Part shown: in pieces, positions 47,966 to 61,045 of the stretch
Numbering within the stretch: position 1 is the first letter of the stretch
Layout of the letters: the number at the start of each line of letters is the position of its first letter
NCBI GenBank assembly: GCA_030390025.1
Contig: CM059432.1
Span: 53,570,001 to 53,634,000 of the forward strand
DNA from: Squalus acanthias
Lineage: Eukaryota
Length of the DNA stretch: 64,000 nucleotides
Direction: 5' to 3'
Position numbers and translations under genes: made by a program
The notes under the pieces: generated by a model
The model's database searches: none
Told to the model about the DNA's origin: nothing
Seen by the model: the letters and a program-made list of their open reading frames with translations, nothing else

Positions 47966-50900
47966 TAATGGGAGGAGGAAGCTTCATGATCGTCCCCATC
48001 CCCATCCTCAACGATGGCAAAGCCCAGCACATGAGTGCAAAAGACAAGGATGAAGCTTTCGCAACCATCTTCAGCCAGAAGTGCCGAGTGGATGATCCTT
48101 CTCAGCCTCCTCCTGAGGTCCCAAGCATCATAGGTGCCAGTCTTTAGCCAATTCAATTCACTCCATGTGACATCAAGAAATGGCTGAGTGCACCAGACAC
48201 AGAAAAGGATATGGGTCCCAACAATATCCCAGCTGTAGTGTTAAAGACCTGTGCTCCAGAATTAGCTGTGCCTCCAGGCAAGCTGTTCCAGTACAGCTAC
48301 AACACTGGCATTTACCCGAAAATGTAGAAAATTGCTCAGGTATATCCTGTCCACAAAAAAGCAGTCTACTGTCACTCATCAGCAAAGTGACGGAAGGAGT
48401 CGTCAACAGTGCTATCAAACAGCACTTACTCACCAATAACATGCCCACTGATGCTCACTTTGGATTCTGCCAGGTCCACTCGGCTCCAGACCTCATTACA
48501 GCCTTGGTTCAAACCTTGGACAAAAGAGCTGATTTCCAGAGGTAAGGTGAGAGTGACTACCCTTGGCATCAAGGCAGCATTCGATCAAGTGTGGCACAAA
48601 GGAGCCCTAGTAAAACTGAAGTCAATGGAGAACAGGGGGAAAACTTTCCGGTAGGGGAGTCATACCTGGCACAAACAAAGATGGTTTTTGTTGTTGGAGG
48701 CCAATTATCTCAGCCCCAGGACTGCAGGAGTTCCTCATGGCAGTGTCCTAGGCCCAACCATCTTCAGTTGCTTCATCAATGACGTTTCCTCCATCATAAG
48801 GTCAGAAGTGGGACTGTTCACTGATAATTTCACAGTGTTCAGCTCTATTCGGAATTCCAAACATAAGGAAGCAGCCTATGGCAACATGCAGCAAGACCTG
48901 GACAACATTGAAGCTTGACCTGATAAGTGGCAGTAGTATTCGAGCCACATAACTGCTAGGCATTGACCATCTCCAACAAGAGTAGTTGGCACTAGTTTGC
49001 GAAAGCACAGAGCTTGGAGACAGAGCTGGGTGAATTGCAATCAGAGTGGATCACAAGCAGAGTGGAAGAATTTGGTGATAGTGGGAATTTGGTGGAGAGG
49101 AGGAAGGTAGTTTCTCACATCTAACTCAAAAGGAGGACTCTAAGTTAAGTATCTAGATATCTAATATTTAGTTTCTTTGTGTTTAGTAACTCTGTGGTTC
49201 TTGTTAAACTTGAGTATTTTTTTGTCTTTTTTCTCTCTAAGTTAAGTCAGTGGGTTAAACTAAAGTTTAGTTAGTAGTCTATTAAATAGAGGTATGGCAG
49301 GGCACCTCGGTCCCATCGAATGCACATCCTGTGCCATGTGGGAAGTCCAGGATGCTTCTCCTGTCCTGGACAACCACATGTACAGGAAGGGTCGTCAGCT
49401 AGAGGAGCTCGAGCTCCGGGTTTCGGAGCTTGAGCAGCGGGGGGCGTCACTGTAATGCATCCGCAGCCTGGATAGCACGTTTCAGGAGGTGGTCATCCCT
49501 CAGCTTAAGAGTTTTCAGGCAGAGAGGGAATGGGTGACTGCCAGACAGACAAGGAGGACCAGGCAGGTAGTGCAGGAGTCCCCTGAGTGCATCTCGCTGT
49601 TGGGGAGAGTTTAAACTAGCTTGGCAGGGGGATGAGAACCTGAGTGTAGATTCATAAGGGAGAGAAGCAAAGCTGGAAATGGAAGGCAGTAAATTAGTAA
49701 GTGAGTTTGGAAGGCAGAGGAAACAAAGGCTAGAAAATAGATAATATAGGGGCTTGACAGTGCTTAATGGTATATACTTCAATGCAAGGAGTCTAGTGAA
49801 TAAGGCTGATGAGCTGAAGGCACAGATAGACATGTGGAAGTATGATATCATAGCTATTACTGAAACATGGCTGAAAGAAGGGCAGGAATGGCAGCTCAAC
49901 ATTCCTGGTTACAGAGTTTTCAGATAAGATAGAGAGGGTGATAAAATAGGAGGGGTGTCGCAATATTGGTTAAAGAAATAATTAAAGCTCTGAGGAGGGC
50001 TGATATGTTAGAAGGATCATCAAATGATGCCATATGGGTTGAACTGAAGAACAAAAAAGGGGCAATTACACTGCTGGGAGTGTACTATAGATGCCCGAAT
50101 AGTCAGAGGGAGATAGAAGAGCAAAGATGTAGGCAAATTTGTGAGAAGTGCCAAAACAATAGGGCATTAATAGTAGGGGATTTCAACTACCCTAACACTA
50201 ACTGGGGTAGAATCAGTGTAAAAGGTATAGAGGGTGCAGAATTCTTAAAATGCATCAGGAGAACTTTTTTAGCCAGTACGTAGTAAGCCCAACAAGAGAG
50301 GGGGCGGTTCTGGAGTTAGTTTTAGGGAATGAAGCTGGGCAGGTGAAAGGGGTATCAGTGGGAGAGCATTTTGGTGCTCGTGATCATAATTCAGTTAGAT
50401 TTAGCATAGTTATGGAAAAGGACAAAGATAGACCAGGAGTAAAAGTTCTCAATTGGGGAAAGGCCAATTTTACTAAACTGAGATGTGATTTAGCAAAAGT
50501 GGGCTGGAAACAGCTACTTGAAGGTAAATCAGTGTCAGTGCAGAGGGAGGCACTCAAGGAGGAGATAGTGTGGGTTCAGAGCAAATATGTTCCCTCAAAG
50601 CAAAAGGGTGGGACTCCCAAATCTAGAGGCCCCTGGATGTCAAGGGGCATACAGGGTAGGATAAGACAAAAAGGGAAGCTTATGTCAGATACTGAGAGCT
50701 AAATACTGCAGAAATCCTAGAGGAGTATAAAAAGTACAAGGGTGAAATTAAAAAAGAAATTAGGAAAGCAAAGAGATGGCATGAAAAAATATTGGCAAGT
50801 AAAATCAAGAGAAACCCAAAGATGTTTTATAAATACATAAAGAGCAAGAGGATAACTAAAGAAAGAGTAGGGCCTTTAGAGACCTAAAAGGAAGCTTGTG

Positions 50901-52157
50901 TGTGGAGGCGGAAGACATGGGTATGGTTCTTAATGAATACTTTGTGTCTATCTTCACAAAAGAGGGGGACGACAAAGACATTGTAGTTAAGGAGGAGGAG
51001 TGTGAAATATTAGATGAAATAAACATAGTGAGAGAAGAAGTATTAAGGGGTTTAGCATCTTTGAAAGTAGATAAGTCACCAGGTCCGGATGAAATTTATC
51101 CCAGGCTGTTAAGAGAAGCAAGGGAGGAAATAGTGGAGGCTCTGACCATCATTTTCCAATCCTCTCTGGCTACAGGACTGGAGGACTGCTAAAGTTGTAT
51201 TGTTGTTTAAAAAGGGAGAAAGGGATAGACCAAGTAATTACAGGCCAGTCAGCCTAACCTCGGTGGTAGACAAATTGTTGGAAAAAATTCTGAGGGACAG
51301 TATTAATCATCATTTAGAAAGGCATTAATCAAGGACAGTCAGCCTGGATTTGGTAATGGAAGGTCGTGTCTGATAACTTGATTGAATTTTCTGAGGAGGT
51401 AACAAGGAGGGTGGATGAGGGTAGTGCATTTGATGTAGTCTACATGGATTTTAGCAAGGCTTTTGACAAGGTCCCACATGGCTGGCTGGTCAGAAAAATA
51501 AAAGCCGATGGGATCCAAGGGAAAGTAGCAAGTTGGATCCAAAATTGGCTCAGTGGCAGGAAGCAAAGGGTAATGGTCGATGGATTTTTTGTGACTGGAA
51601 AGCTGTTACCAGTGGGGTTCTGCAGGGCTCAGTACTAGGTCCCTTGCTTTTTGTGGTATACATCAATGATTTGGGGGAGAAATTGGGTACCTTTGCGTCT
51701 CCCGTTAGTGCCTCTGGGGGCGGCGCTAATGAGGTGCTACCGGCTTAGCAACCAGGCGCGGCGCTAGTGCTGACACCCGCGAAATTGAAGTGGAGGTTTG
51801 CGGCGGCGGTAACCACCAGTGCCATGCTCTCCTGCGCCCGGAGATCGTGACGTCATCCAGCTGCGCAGCGCCCCGGCTCAGAAATTCACTCCCGCCCCTT
51901 GCCTGAGCACCTGCCGTTAGCAACGACAGGTAGAGGAGGCGGTACGCAGTCGGATGAACGCTGGAGGAGCGCTATATAAAGGCGTCAACATCTGGTTTAT
52001 TTTTAGTCCACAAAGATTGCTGCCTTGTCAGTTTGACATAGGCAAACAGGCGTTTTGAGCGATTTCAGCGTTTTTCACTTGAAGGAGTCTCCTGCCACAG
52101 AAAAATTATTCACTTTCATTTAGGTGAGATTTTAAAGTGCAACATTTCCATACTTTA

Positions 52158-53325
52158 ATGGGAGCTATACTGGCACTGGACCTCGCCCTCCAGCGTCAAC
52201 ATCGGAGGCAGCGGAGGCAGAAAGAAAAATTGCAAAATGTGGCCAGAGGGAGGAGGGCCAACAGGGCTCTCAACAGGAGGCCTTACCCTCCCAGGGTATT
52301 CGGGCAGCATTTCTCCTACATCAATCTCACTGAGGAACAGTGTCTTAGAAGGCTCCGCTTCACCAAGGACGTGGTCACAGAGCTCTGCCACCTCCTGCAG
52401 CTAGACCTCGAGCCTCACATCAGGAGAACCACGGCTCTCTCAGTGGCAGTCAAGGTCACCGTTGCCCTCAATTTCTACGCCTACAGATCCTTCCAGTGTG
52501 CAACAGGAGATAAGCGAACATCTCGCAGTTCACCGTCCATTGCTGCATCCGCGAGGACACAAATGCTCTCTACAGAAGGAGAAGGGATTACATTTCCTGC
52601 CCCATGACCAGAGAGAAGCAACGCGAGTGTGCATGTGGCTTTGCCAGGATAGCGGGCTTCCCCATCGTGCAGGGCGCCGTTGACTGCACCCACGTTGCTT
52701 TGCGGGCATCCTGTAACAATCTTGAGGTATTCCGTAACCGCAAATGCTAACACTCACTTAATGTACAGTTGGTGTGCGACCACACACAGCGAATCCTCAC
52801 CGTCAATGCCCGCTATCCTGGCAGCAGCCACGATGCCTTCATCCTGTTCCAACTCTGTTCCAGCCACCACATCAAGCTCGCGGCTGGCTGCTGGGAGACA
52901 AGGGCTATACACTCTCCACCTGGCTCATGACTCCCCTCCACAACCCCAACACTCGTGCCCAGCACTCATACAATGAGAGCCATGCCACCACCAGGAACAT
53001 CATTGAGCAGACCATCGGAGTGCTCAAGCAATGGTTCCGTTGCCTTGACCGCTCAGGAGGAGCCCTCCAGTACTTGGCTGAGCGGGTGTCCCTTTTCGTC
53101 GTCATCTGCTGCATGCTTCACAACTTGGCCATCATGAGGGCGCAGCCATTGCCACTAGGTATAGCCGCACCACCTCAGGAGGAGGAAGAGGGAGATGAGG
53201 AGGAGGAGGACGAGGAGGAGGAGGAGGAACAGGAGCACAAACAGCAGCGATAGAGGAGGCCACCACTCAATCGGCCTTGTGGAAGGGCGGTCCGTGACCG
53301 CCTCATCAGACTTCGGTTCCAATGA
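52158..53325 (+). pseudogene. Harbinger DDE transposase
   Basis: MGAILAL..., [40 protein letters not shown] and a poly-E tail. Frameshifted. Confidence 0.92.
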
Positions 53326-53490
53326 ATTGGAGGCCACTTCCCGGTTGCTCAGCACGTCCACATCATTCCATCAATTTCTCATTCCATACCACACCCCAAA
53401 GCTGAAATGAGACACAGCCCCAAATCTGCAACATTCCAATAATAAATTTATCCAAATTCAGCAACCACATATGTATAGCTACAATATTAA

Positions 53491-56215
53491 CTAATCATCC
53501 TTGTGCAAACCCTTACTTCCCCTCTTTACAGTGCCTTTCCCTAATCTACTGCTCCTACGTAGTGTCTCCCCAGTGGCTGCAGCAGGGCTGGTGGAAGGCT
53601 GCTGAGTGTCAGTGCCAGAGACTACAGATGGCCTTGCAGGTCGCCCTCGACCAGCTCTGGGCCTGGAAGGCCCGGCTTTACACTGCACCACCTGAGGCTG
53701 GGCAGTGGCAGTCTGGGCTGGCTGGATGACAGGCAGCGACAAGGGCAATGGCGGAGTGGCAGTGGTGGGAGCAGGAATGCTGTCATCCTGAGAGAGGACA
53801 GCAGGTTCCTGCTCCACTGACACACTGCCACTCCCCCAGGGCAGCACCTCAGCATCCCTACCAATCTGCTGGAGCACAGATTGCTGGCCTGCTGCAACAC
53901 CGTGAGATCCCCAGTGGACTGTGGTGGACCCAGCGACGATGGCAGCAGTCAGAGCTTTCATGGCATCAAGCTGAGTCTGCATGAGAGCAGTAGAGATTCA
54001 ATGCCACCAACCATTGACTGCATTACAGCACTAAGATGTTGTGTCGCTTCCACCTGTGCTGAAGTGGAAGCTGCCACATCGCCCATGACACGAATCATGA
54101 GGTGTGGATCCGCACGGTCTCTCTGGGAGTCCACCATCCTCTGCAGACTGCCAAGAATAGGCTCCATGGTGCGCGCAGAGCTCTGTGCAATGCTGGAGGC
54201 GGACTCCTCCACGCTCCTTACCATTGCCGACAGGCTCTCGGGCACCCTTGCCATTGCACCTATCATCTTGGAGTGCATGGCCATCACCCTTCTTGTGAAT
54301 GCCTCCCCATCGAGGTCCTCATCTGAGTCCTGTGCAGCAGAACTCACGCGCGAACTCTACCTCTGGGGAGCTGGCTCCCGAGCTACCCTTTCCCCTGGCC
54401 TTGCTGCAGCTCGCTCGTCCCCGATGCATCACCCAGTGCAGACCCCTCTACTAAACTTGCCACTAAATATCGCGTAGTGCCAGTATCTGAGGTAGTGCCT
54501 GCGGGTGAGAGATGCAGTGACGCGGTGCTTTGCTCCGCCTCCTCTTCACCTTCCTCACTCTCAGTGGGAGGCTCAGGGACAGGCTGGTCATCTGGTTGCT
54601 GATTATCTGAAAGCATAAAGGCACAAGACTCGCGTTAAGGTGAGGGCAGGGGGGCAGGAAGTGAGCAAGGAATGCAGACAGTATTAGGAGCTGGAAAGTG
54701 GGAAAGGTTTGTGGTGTGAGGGGTAAGTGGGATGAGAGAAGGAGAGGGGATGAACGTTGTTGCCCCCAAGGGGGTCGATGTTGCCGACGGCCACGGCACC
54801 CGCCATCTGCTGCCCAATGAGTCGCAGCACTCGCTCCTCCAGGTCTGAAAGCTGCTGGAGCTGCGCATTACCCCCGCCTGTTCTCTGCTGCTCCCTCCTA
54901 TTGTGAACCATCTTGGCCTGCAAGAGAAACAAATGTGTTTCAGTCAGAGTCCAGCTATGTGTTTGGGAGATATGCCTGCCATAGCTGAATAGCTGTGATT
55001 GTAGTCAAGGCGTGAGATGTGGATGTGAGTTTGAGTAGGTGCAGATGCTTGGTGGGTGAGTGATGGGGTTGTGGTGCTTTGTGCAGTGTGTACAGACTGA
55101 GGTTCAGCTGCTGGTATGTAGGACCTGTTGAAGCATGTACTTACCTTGACTACCCAAGTGAGGTCATTGAATTTCTTCCGGAAATATGTCTGGCTGCGCA
55201 TGACCACACTACTGGCCGAGACCTCCTTGGCCACTTCCCTCCACATTGCCCTGAATACCTGGTGCAATGGCCTCCTTCCAGTGTCCGGGAACAGCATTGC
55301 CCTCCTTCGGCAGATGCATGGCAGATGCAGTATAATGTGGATAAATGCGAGGTTATCCACTTTGGTGGCAAAAACAGGAAGACAGATTATTATCTGAATG
55401 GCAATAGATTGGGAAAAGGGGAAGTGCAACGAGATCTGGGAGTCCTTGTGCACCAGTCGTTGAAGGTAAGCATGCAGGTGCAGCAGGCGGTTAAGAAGGC
55501 AAATGGTATGTTGGCCTTCATAGCGAGAGGATTCGAGTACAGGAGCAAGGATGCCTTGGTGAGACCACACCTTGAGTATTGTGTGCAGTTTTGGTCGCCT
55601 TATCTGAGGAAGGATGTTCTTGCCATGGAGGGAGTGCAGCGAAGATTTACCAGACTGATACCTGGGATGGCAGGAATGATGTATGAAGAGAGATTGGGTC
55701 GATTAGGCTTATATTCGCTAGAGTTTAGAAGAATGAGAGGGGATCTCATTGAAACTTATAAAATTCTAGCAGGACTTGACAGACTAGATGCAGGAAGGAT
55801 GTTCCCGATGGCGGGGAGTCCAGAACCAGAGGTCACAGTCTAAGGATAAGGGGTAAGCCATTTAGGACTGAGATGAGGAGGAATTTCTTCACCCAGAGAG
55901 TGGTGAACCTGTGGAATTCTCTACCACAGAAGGCAGTTGAGGCCAATTCATTAAATATATTCAAGAAGGAGATAGATATATTTCTTAAGGCTAAAGGGAT
56001 GAAGGGATATGGGGAGAAAGCAGGGACAGGGTACTGAATTTGGATGATCAACCATGATCTCATTAAATGGCGGAGCAGGCTCGAGGGGCTGAATGGCCTA
56101 CTCCTGCTCCTATCTTCTATGTTTCTATGCTTCACTCCACTCCCGCGATCAATGCCTCCAATGCCTTGTCCGTGAAACGACGAGCACTCTCCCTGGGAGT
56201 GGGATCAGCCATCAT
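53491..56215 (-). pseudogene. Harbinger Myb/SANT-like gene, 3 exons, exon 1 split by CR1
   Basis: MMADPTPRESARRFTDKALEAL, WREVAKEV...RKKFNDL, AKMVHNRREQQRTGGG and C-terminus GRGRP...LRRSSR...KGLHKDD*. Confidence 0.85.
55309..56129 (+). mobile_element. 5'-truncated CR1 in Myb exon 1
   Basis: RT C-terminus and 3' UTR. TSD CTTC (55305-55308, 56130-56133). Confidence 0.92.
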
Positions 56216-58409
56216 GATCAGGGGATTGAGTTGTTTGCAGGTTGCCTTCACTGTTGATAATGCGGACCTGCACAATGATGCAACCTCCCCTTTAAGAGCT
56301 GGAAGGGGCCAGTGTGATGGATCATTCCCGGTTGCAAAGCACCTGAAATTCATTATCGCTCTGCTGGTAGCGCCCCTTTAGCACCCTACTTAGGTCATTA
56401 GCGCTTGATTTAGTGCTCCAGTTCTTTCCAGGAGTGCTAACAGCCAATTTAGGGGAAGCTCAGACTCATTAACGCCTAGCGCTAATTTTTCACGATTTCA
56501 AAAATTACCGCCCCAAACTGCCTGAAAGGGTGGTAGAGGCAGAAGCCCTCATCACATTTAAAAAGTACTTGGATATGCGCTTGAAGTGCTGTAATCGACA
56601 AGGAGATGGAACAAGAGCTGGAAAGTGGGATTAGGCTGGATAGCTCTTTTCGGCCGGCACAGACACGATGGGTTGAATGGCCTCCTTCTGTGCCATAAAT
56701 TTCTATGATTCTATGAAGATAGTGTCTAACCACCTCCCCTTGACATTCAATGGAATTACCATTGCCGAGTCCCACCCCATCAACATCCTCGGTGTCGCCA
56801 TTGACTGTCACATACCATCCTGACTTGGACATATATCGGCATTGCTTCGTTGTCACGCGATCAAAATCCTGGAACCCCTTACCTAACGCAGCACTGTGAG
56901 AGTACCTTCACTGCATGGACTTCAGCGGTTCAAGAAGTAGCCTTACCAGCACCTTCTCAAGGGCAACTAGTGATGGGCAATAAATGTTGGCCTTGCCAGC
57001 GATGCCCATATCCCGAGAATGAATTTTAAAAAGAGCTGAGTCATTGGGGAAACTAGTGTTACCTTTTCAAATCCCCCATCACTATGGTTACCAATATAAT
57101 CACAGCCATTTCAGTGGCATGCTAAGGCAGGTGGAGTGAAGAACAATTAGGACTGATCAAGTCCCATCATCAACCATGATGTTGGTGCCCAAAGCACTGT
57201 GTTACAACCACAATCCATTGTTAGTTTTCTTAACATTTTTTGAAAAAGAATAAAATAAACGTTTGACAACAATTAAGACAAGCTACTGGTAAATATTAAC
57301 TTAATATACAGATTTTATTGTAAAAAGTGCAAATATTGTTCCATGTACAATTTTTGATAAAATGTTTATAGTGCAGGGTTGTTATCTAATGACAATAACT
57401 ATAGGAAAATACAAAAGCTAATTCATGATGTGTGTAATAATAACTAATATTCTCAGGAATTTTGTGCATCCATTTAAAATTTTCCCCCTAAAAATGTGGC
57501 TGCTGCTGCAGTCTGAAGTATAAGAATTAATTTGCATGAATCATCCAAGCCTAGAGGCTGAACAGCCTAGCCTTTGGGAGTCTTTGGGGTCAGCAAAACA
57601 TATCTTTCAGGAAGAAGTGGAGTCCTATTAATCTTGCCAGCCCATGGTTCTCTTGGACCTGTTTTCCAGACTGGGCACGAAATCTGAAATTATTATCTCC
57701 AAAGCAGCCATCAAGAAGTTCACTGATACTCTAACTGAACTGCCTTGTCTACTCACCCCTCATTATTTTTTGTTATAGTTCACATAACCATTCGCTAGAA
57801 CTGCCACCTTGATAAAAATGGCAAATCACTTTATACGTGTTCGGTATGTTTGAGCTTGTGCGGATAGAATGATACAGTTGACAGTTCCATTTCTGCCACA
57901 GAACTGTTGCGCCATCAGGACCCCTGCAAAGCCCACAAAACATTTAAAAAGCTGTTTCTCATCATTCTTACAGTACTTTATCCTGCATGTGACCAACAAG
58001 CTTATGTGTGTAACACCGAATATGCACAGCGTTAAATTATACATGGCTACAGCCATTGAAATTACAGCTTTATGATTCACTGAACAGTGAAAGATTTGAT
58101 TATAAAATTCGAGTTCTGTCTGGTGCTCTCGACATAGTTTGAATACTGGAAAAGGAAAGTTCTCTGCAACTGTTCAAGTGCATTTAGTAGTTTTCAAATA
58201 CTCAAACAGGCCAGAAACCACAAAATGGTGGCTTAAACTGTAGCAGCAACTGTAGTCAAGTACTAATAATGGATATGTACCTCTGCTGTACCTGAGGCTT
58301 CATCCTGCACAGTGATCTTCAATTCCTTGGTGCAATACAGTGGGTCATTCAGTCATTCATTAAATACATTCATTTCTTCAGTGGGAATAGAAGAAAGAAA
58401 ATGTCACAA

Positions 58410-58760
58410 ATAACTTGCATTTATATAATGCCTTTCAAAACCGCAGAATGTCCCAAAGCGTACTTTTGAAGTATAATCACTGTTGCAATGTGGGAAACGC
58501 GGCAGCCAATTTGCACACAGCAAGGTCCAACAAACAGCATTGTGATAATGACAAAATCATCTGTTTTATGTGTTGGTTGAGGGATAAATATTGACCAGGA
58601 CACTGGGAAGAACTCCCCTGCTCTTCTTCGAATAGTGCCATGAGATCTTTTACGTCCACCTGAGGGGCTAGATGGAGGCTTGGATTAACATCTCATCTGA
58701 AAGGCAGCACCTCTGACAGTACAGCACTCCCTTAGTACTGCACTGCAGTGCCAGCCTAGG
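58410..58760 (-). mobile_element. DeuSINE (SacSINE1/AmnSINE1-like) body and L2-type tail
   Basis: Deu-domain-like ...aaaagatctcatggcactattcgaagaagagcagggg...aaattggctgccgcgtttcc... recognised from memory of the family. Tail tatataaatgcaag. Confidence 0.75.
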
Positions 58761-61045
58761 CCTCCCCCAACACAGGCACTGCTCCAATCAGCCCTACGCA
58801 AGGGAGTCATTCCATGACATGTTTTTCCCCAAAAATTGGTTCAGCCTCTGGAGTCCAGACCACTTGCCTGGCCTGGACCCCACTGGAGTGGGTGGGGCCA
58901 ACATGCGTGCTTGTGTAGGTCAGTGCACCTTCACAAACACCAGGTCATGACGGAGGATCAGAACTGGAAATTTCTGGTTTAGAGAATCCCTGCAATGTTA
59001 CAATAATTCTGGGTCTCACCATAAGAAAATTAGCCACAAAAAAATTAAAAAGCAAGAATACTATTTCACCAATAATAGTATTTTAATGTGTTATGTAAGC
59101 TATTCAGCGCCATAAAATATGAAACCGTGTTCAGATTTACACTTCAGCCTTGGATGCCACTTTCTGCTTTTAATGACATCCATGGTATTAACATATTTCA
59201 AGCTCCTGCCCTCCATTCATTTGAATAGTAGATTTAAATAATTTTAACTAACATCTGACTGGGTGTCTTATCTTACCACTTGTGTTAAGTAAAGATGTTG
59301 CGAGTCAGAATGATCAGCATTTCTGGCTCGCTGGTAAGAACATAAGAACATAAGAAATAGGAGCAGGTGGGCCATTCTGCCCTTCGCGCCTGCTCTGCCA
59401 TTCAGTAAGATCATGGCTGATCTTCTACCTCAACTCTACCTTCCCGCACTATCCCCATATCCCTTGGCTCCCTTAGTATCCAAAAATCTATCAATCTCTG
59501 TCTTGAATATACTCAATGACTGAGCATCTACGGCCCTCTGGGGTAGAGAATTCCAGAGTTTCACCACCCTCTGAGTGAAGAAATGTCTTCTTATCTCATT
59601 CCTAAATGGTCAACCACTTGTTCTGAGACTGTGACCCCTGGTTCTAGACTCTCCAGCCAGAGGAAACATCCTCCCTGCATCTACCCTGTCTAGCCCTCTC
59701 AGAATTTTATACGTTTCAATGAGATCACCTCTCATTCTTCTAAACTCTAGAGAACATAGGCCTAGTCTACTCAATCTCTCTTCATAGGAAAATCCCCTCA
59801 TCCCAGGAATCAGTCTGATGAACCTTCATTGCACTCGCTCTAAAACATGTATATCCTTCCTTAGGTAAGGAGACCAAAACTGTACATCGTACTCCAGGTA
59901 TGGTCTCACCAAGGCCCTATATAATTGCAGTAAGACTTATTTACTCTTATACTCCAATCCCTTTTGTAATAAAGGCCAACATACCATTTGCATTCCTAAT
60001 TGCTTGCTGTACCTGCATGTTAACTTTCAGTGATTTGTGAACAAGGACACCCAGTTTCCTGTGAATACCAACATTTCTCAATCTCTCACCATGTAAAAAA
60101 TGTTCTGCTTTACTATTTTTCCTACCAAAGTGGATAACTTCATATTTCTCCACATTATATTCCATCTGCCATGTTCTTGCCACTCACTTAACCTGTCTAT
60201 ATCCCTTTGCAGCCTCTTTGTATCCTCCTCACAACTTACTTTCCCACCTAGCTTTGTATCATCAGCAAACTTGGATACATTGCACTGTAAGTCATTGATA
60301 TAGATTGTAAATAGCTGAGGCACAAGCATTGATCCTTGCGGTACCCAACTAGTTACAGCCTACCAACCCGAAAATGACCGGTTTATTCCTACTCTCTGTT
60401 TTCTGTCCATTAACAAATCCTCAATCCATGCTGATATATTACCCCCCAATCCTGTGAGCCCTAATATTGTGTAATAACCTATTGCGTGGCACCTTATCAA
60501 ATGCTTTTTGAAAATCCAAATACACTATATCTACTGGTTCCCCCTTATCTACCCTGATAGTTACAACATCAAAACACTCTAATAGATTTGTCAAACGTGA
60601 TTTTCCTTTCATAAATCAATGTTGACTCTGCCCATGATATGATTTTCTACATGTTATGTTACCACATCCCTAATAATAGATTCCAGAATTTTCCCTACAA
60701 TTGATGTCAGGCTAACTGGTCTATAGTTCCCTGTTTTCTTTCTCCCTCTTCTTAAATAGCGGGGTTGCATTTGCTACCTTCCAATCCGCGGAGACTGTTC
60801 TAGAATCTAGGGAATTCTGGAAGATCAAAACCAATGCATCCACTATCTCTGTAGCCACCTCTTTTAAATCCCTAGAATGTATGCCATCAGGTACAAGGGA
60901 TTTGTCGACTTTTAGTCCTATTAATTTCTCCAGTACTATTTCTTTACTAATACTAATTTCTTTGAGTTCCTCATTCTCACTAGACCTTTAGTTCTCCACT
61001 ATATCTGGAATTTTTTTGTGTCTTCTTCTGTAATGACAGATACAA

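Larger units (their letters stand above)
51673..56514. mobile_element. Two-gene Harbinger element I
   Basis: Ends GGGGGAGAAATT / rc GGGGCGGTAATT with convergent transposase and Myb genes. No TSD, and the flanking CR1 has lost sequence at the junction. Confidence 0.88.
48983..56716 (+). mobile_element. Decayed CR1 with 5' UTR, deleted ORF1, ORF2 to ~51672 and 3' end 56515-56716
   Basis: MAGHLGPIECTSCAMWEV at ~49294, TTTAAACTAG at 49610, APE and RT motifs, and a TTCTATGA tail. Confidence 0.88.
47700..57031 (+). mobile_element. Older APE-RT LINE copy (~47700-48982 and ~56722-57031) split by nested insertions
   Basis: Collinear with the reverse complement of 42558-44520. Sequence breaks at ...tccaacaagagag and resumes at tctaaccacctcccc. 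Confidence 0.85.

Noticed and set aside
55079..55843. 254-aa ORF as a novel fusion gene
   Set aside because: Chance read-through from antisense Myb exon 1 into an inserted CR1 RT fragment.
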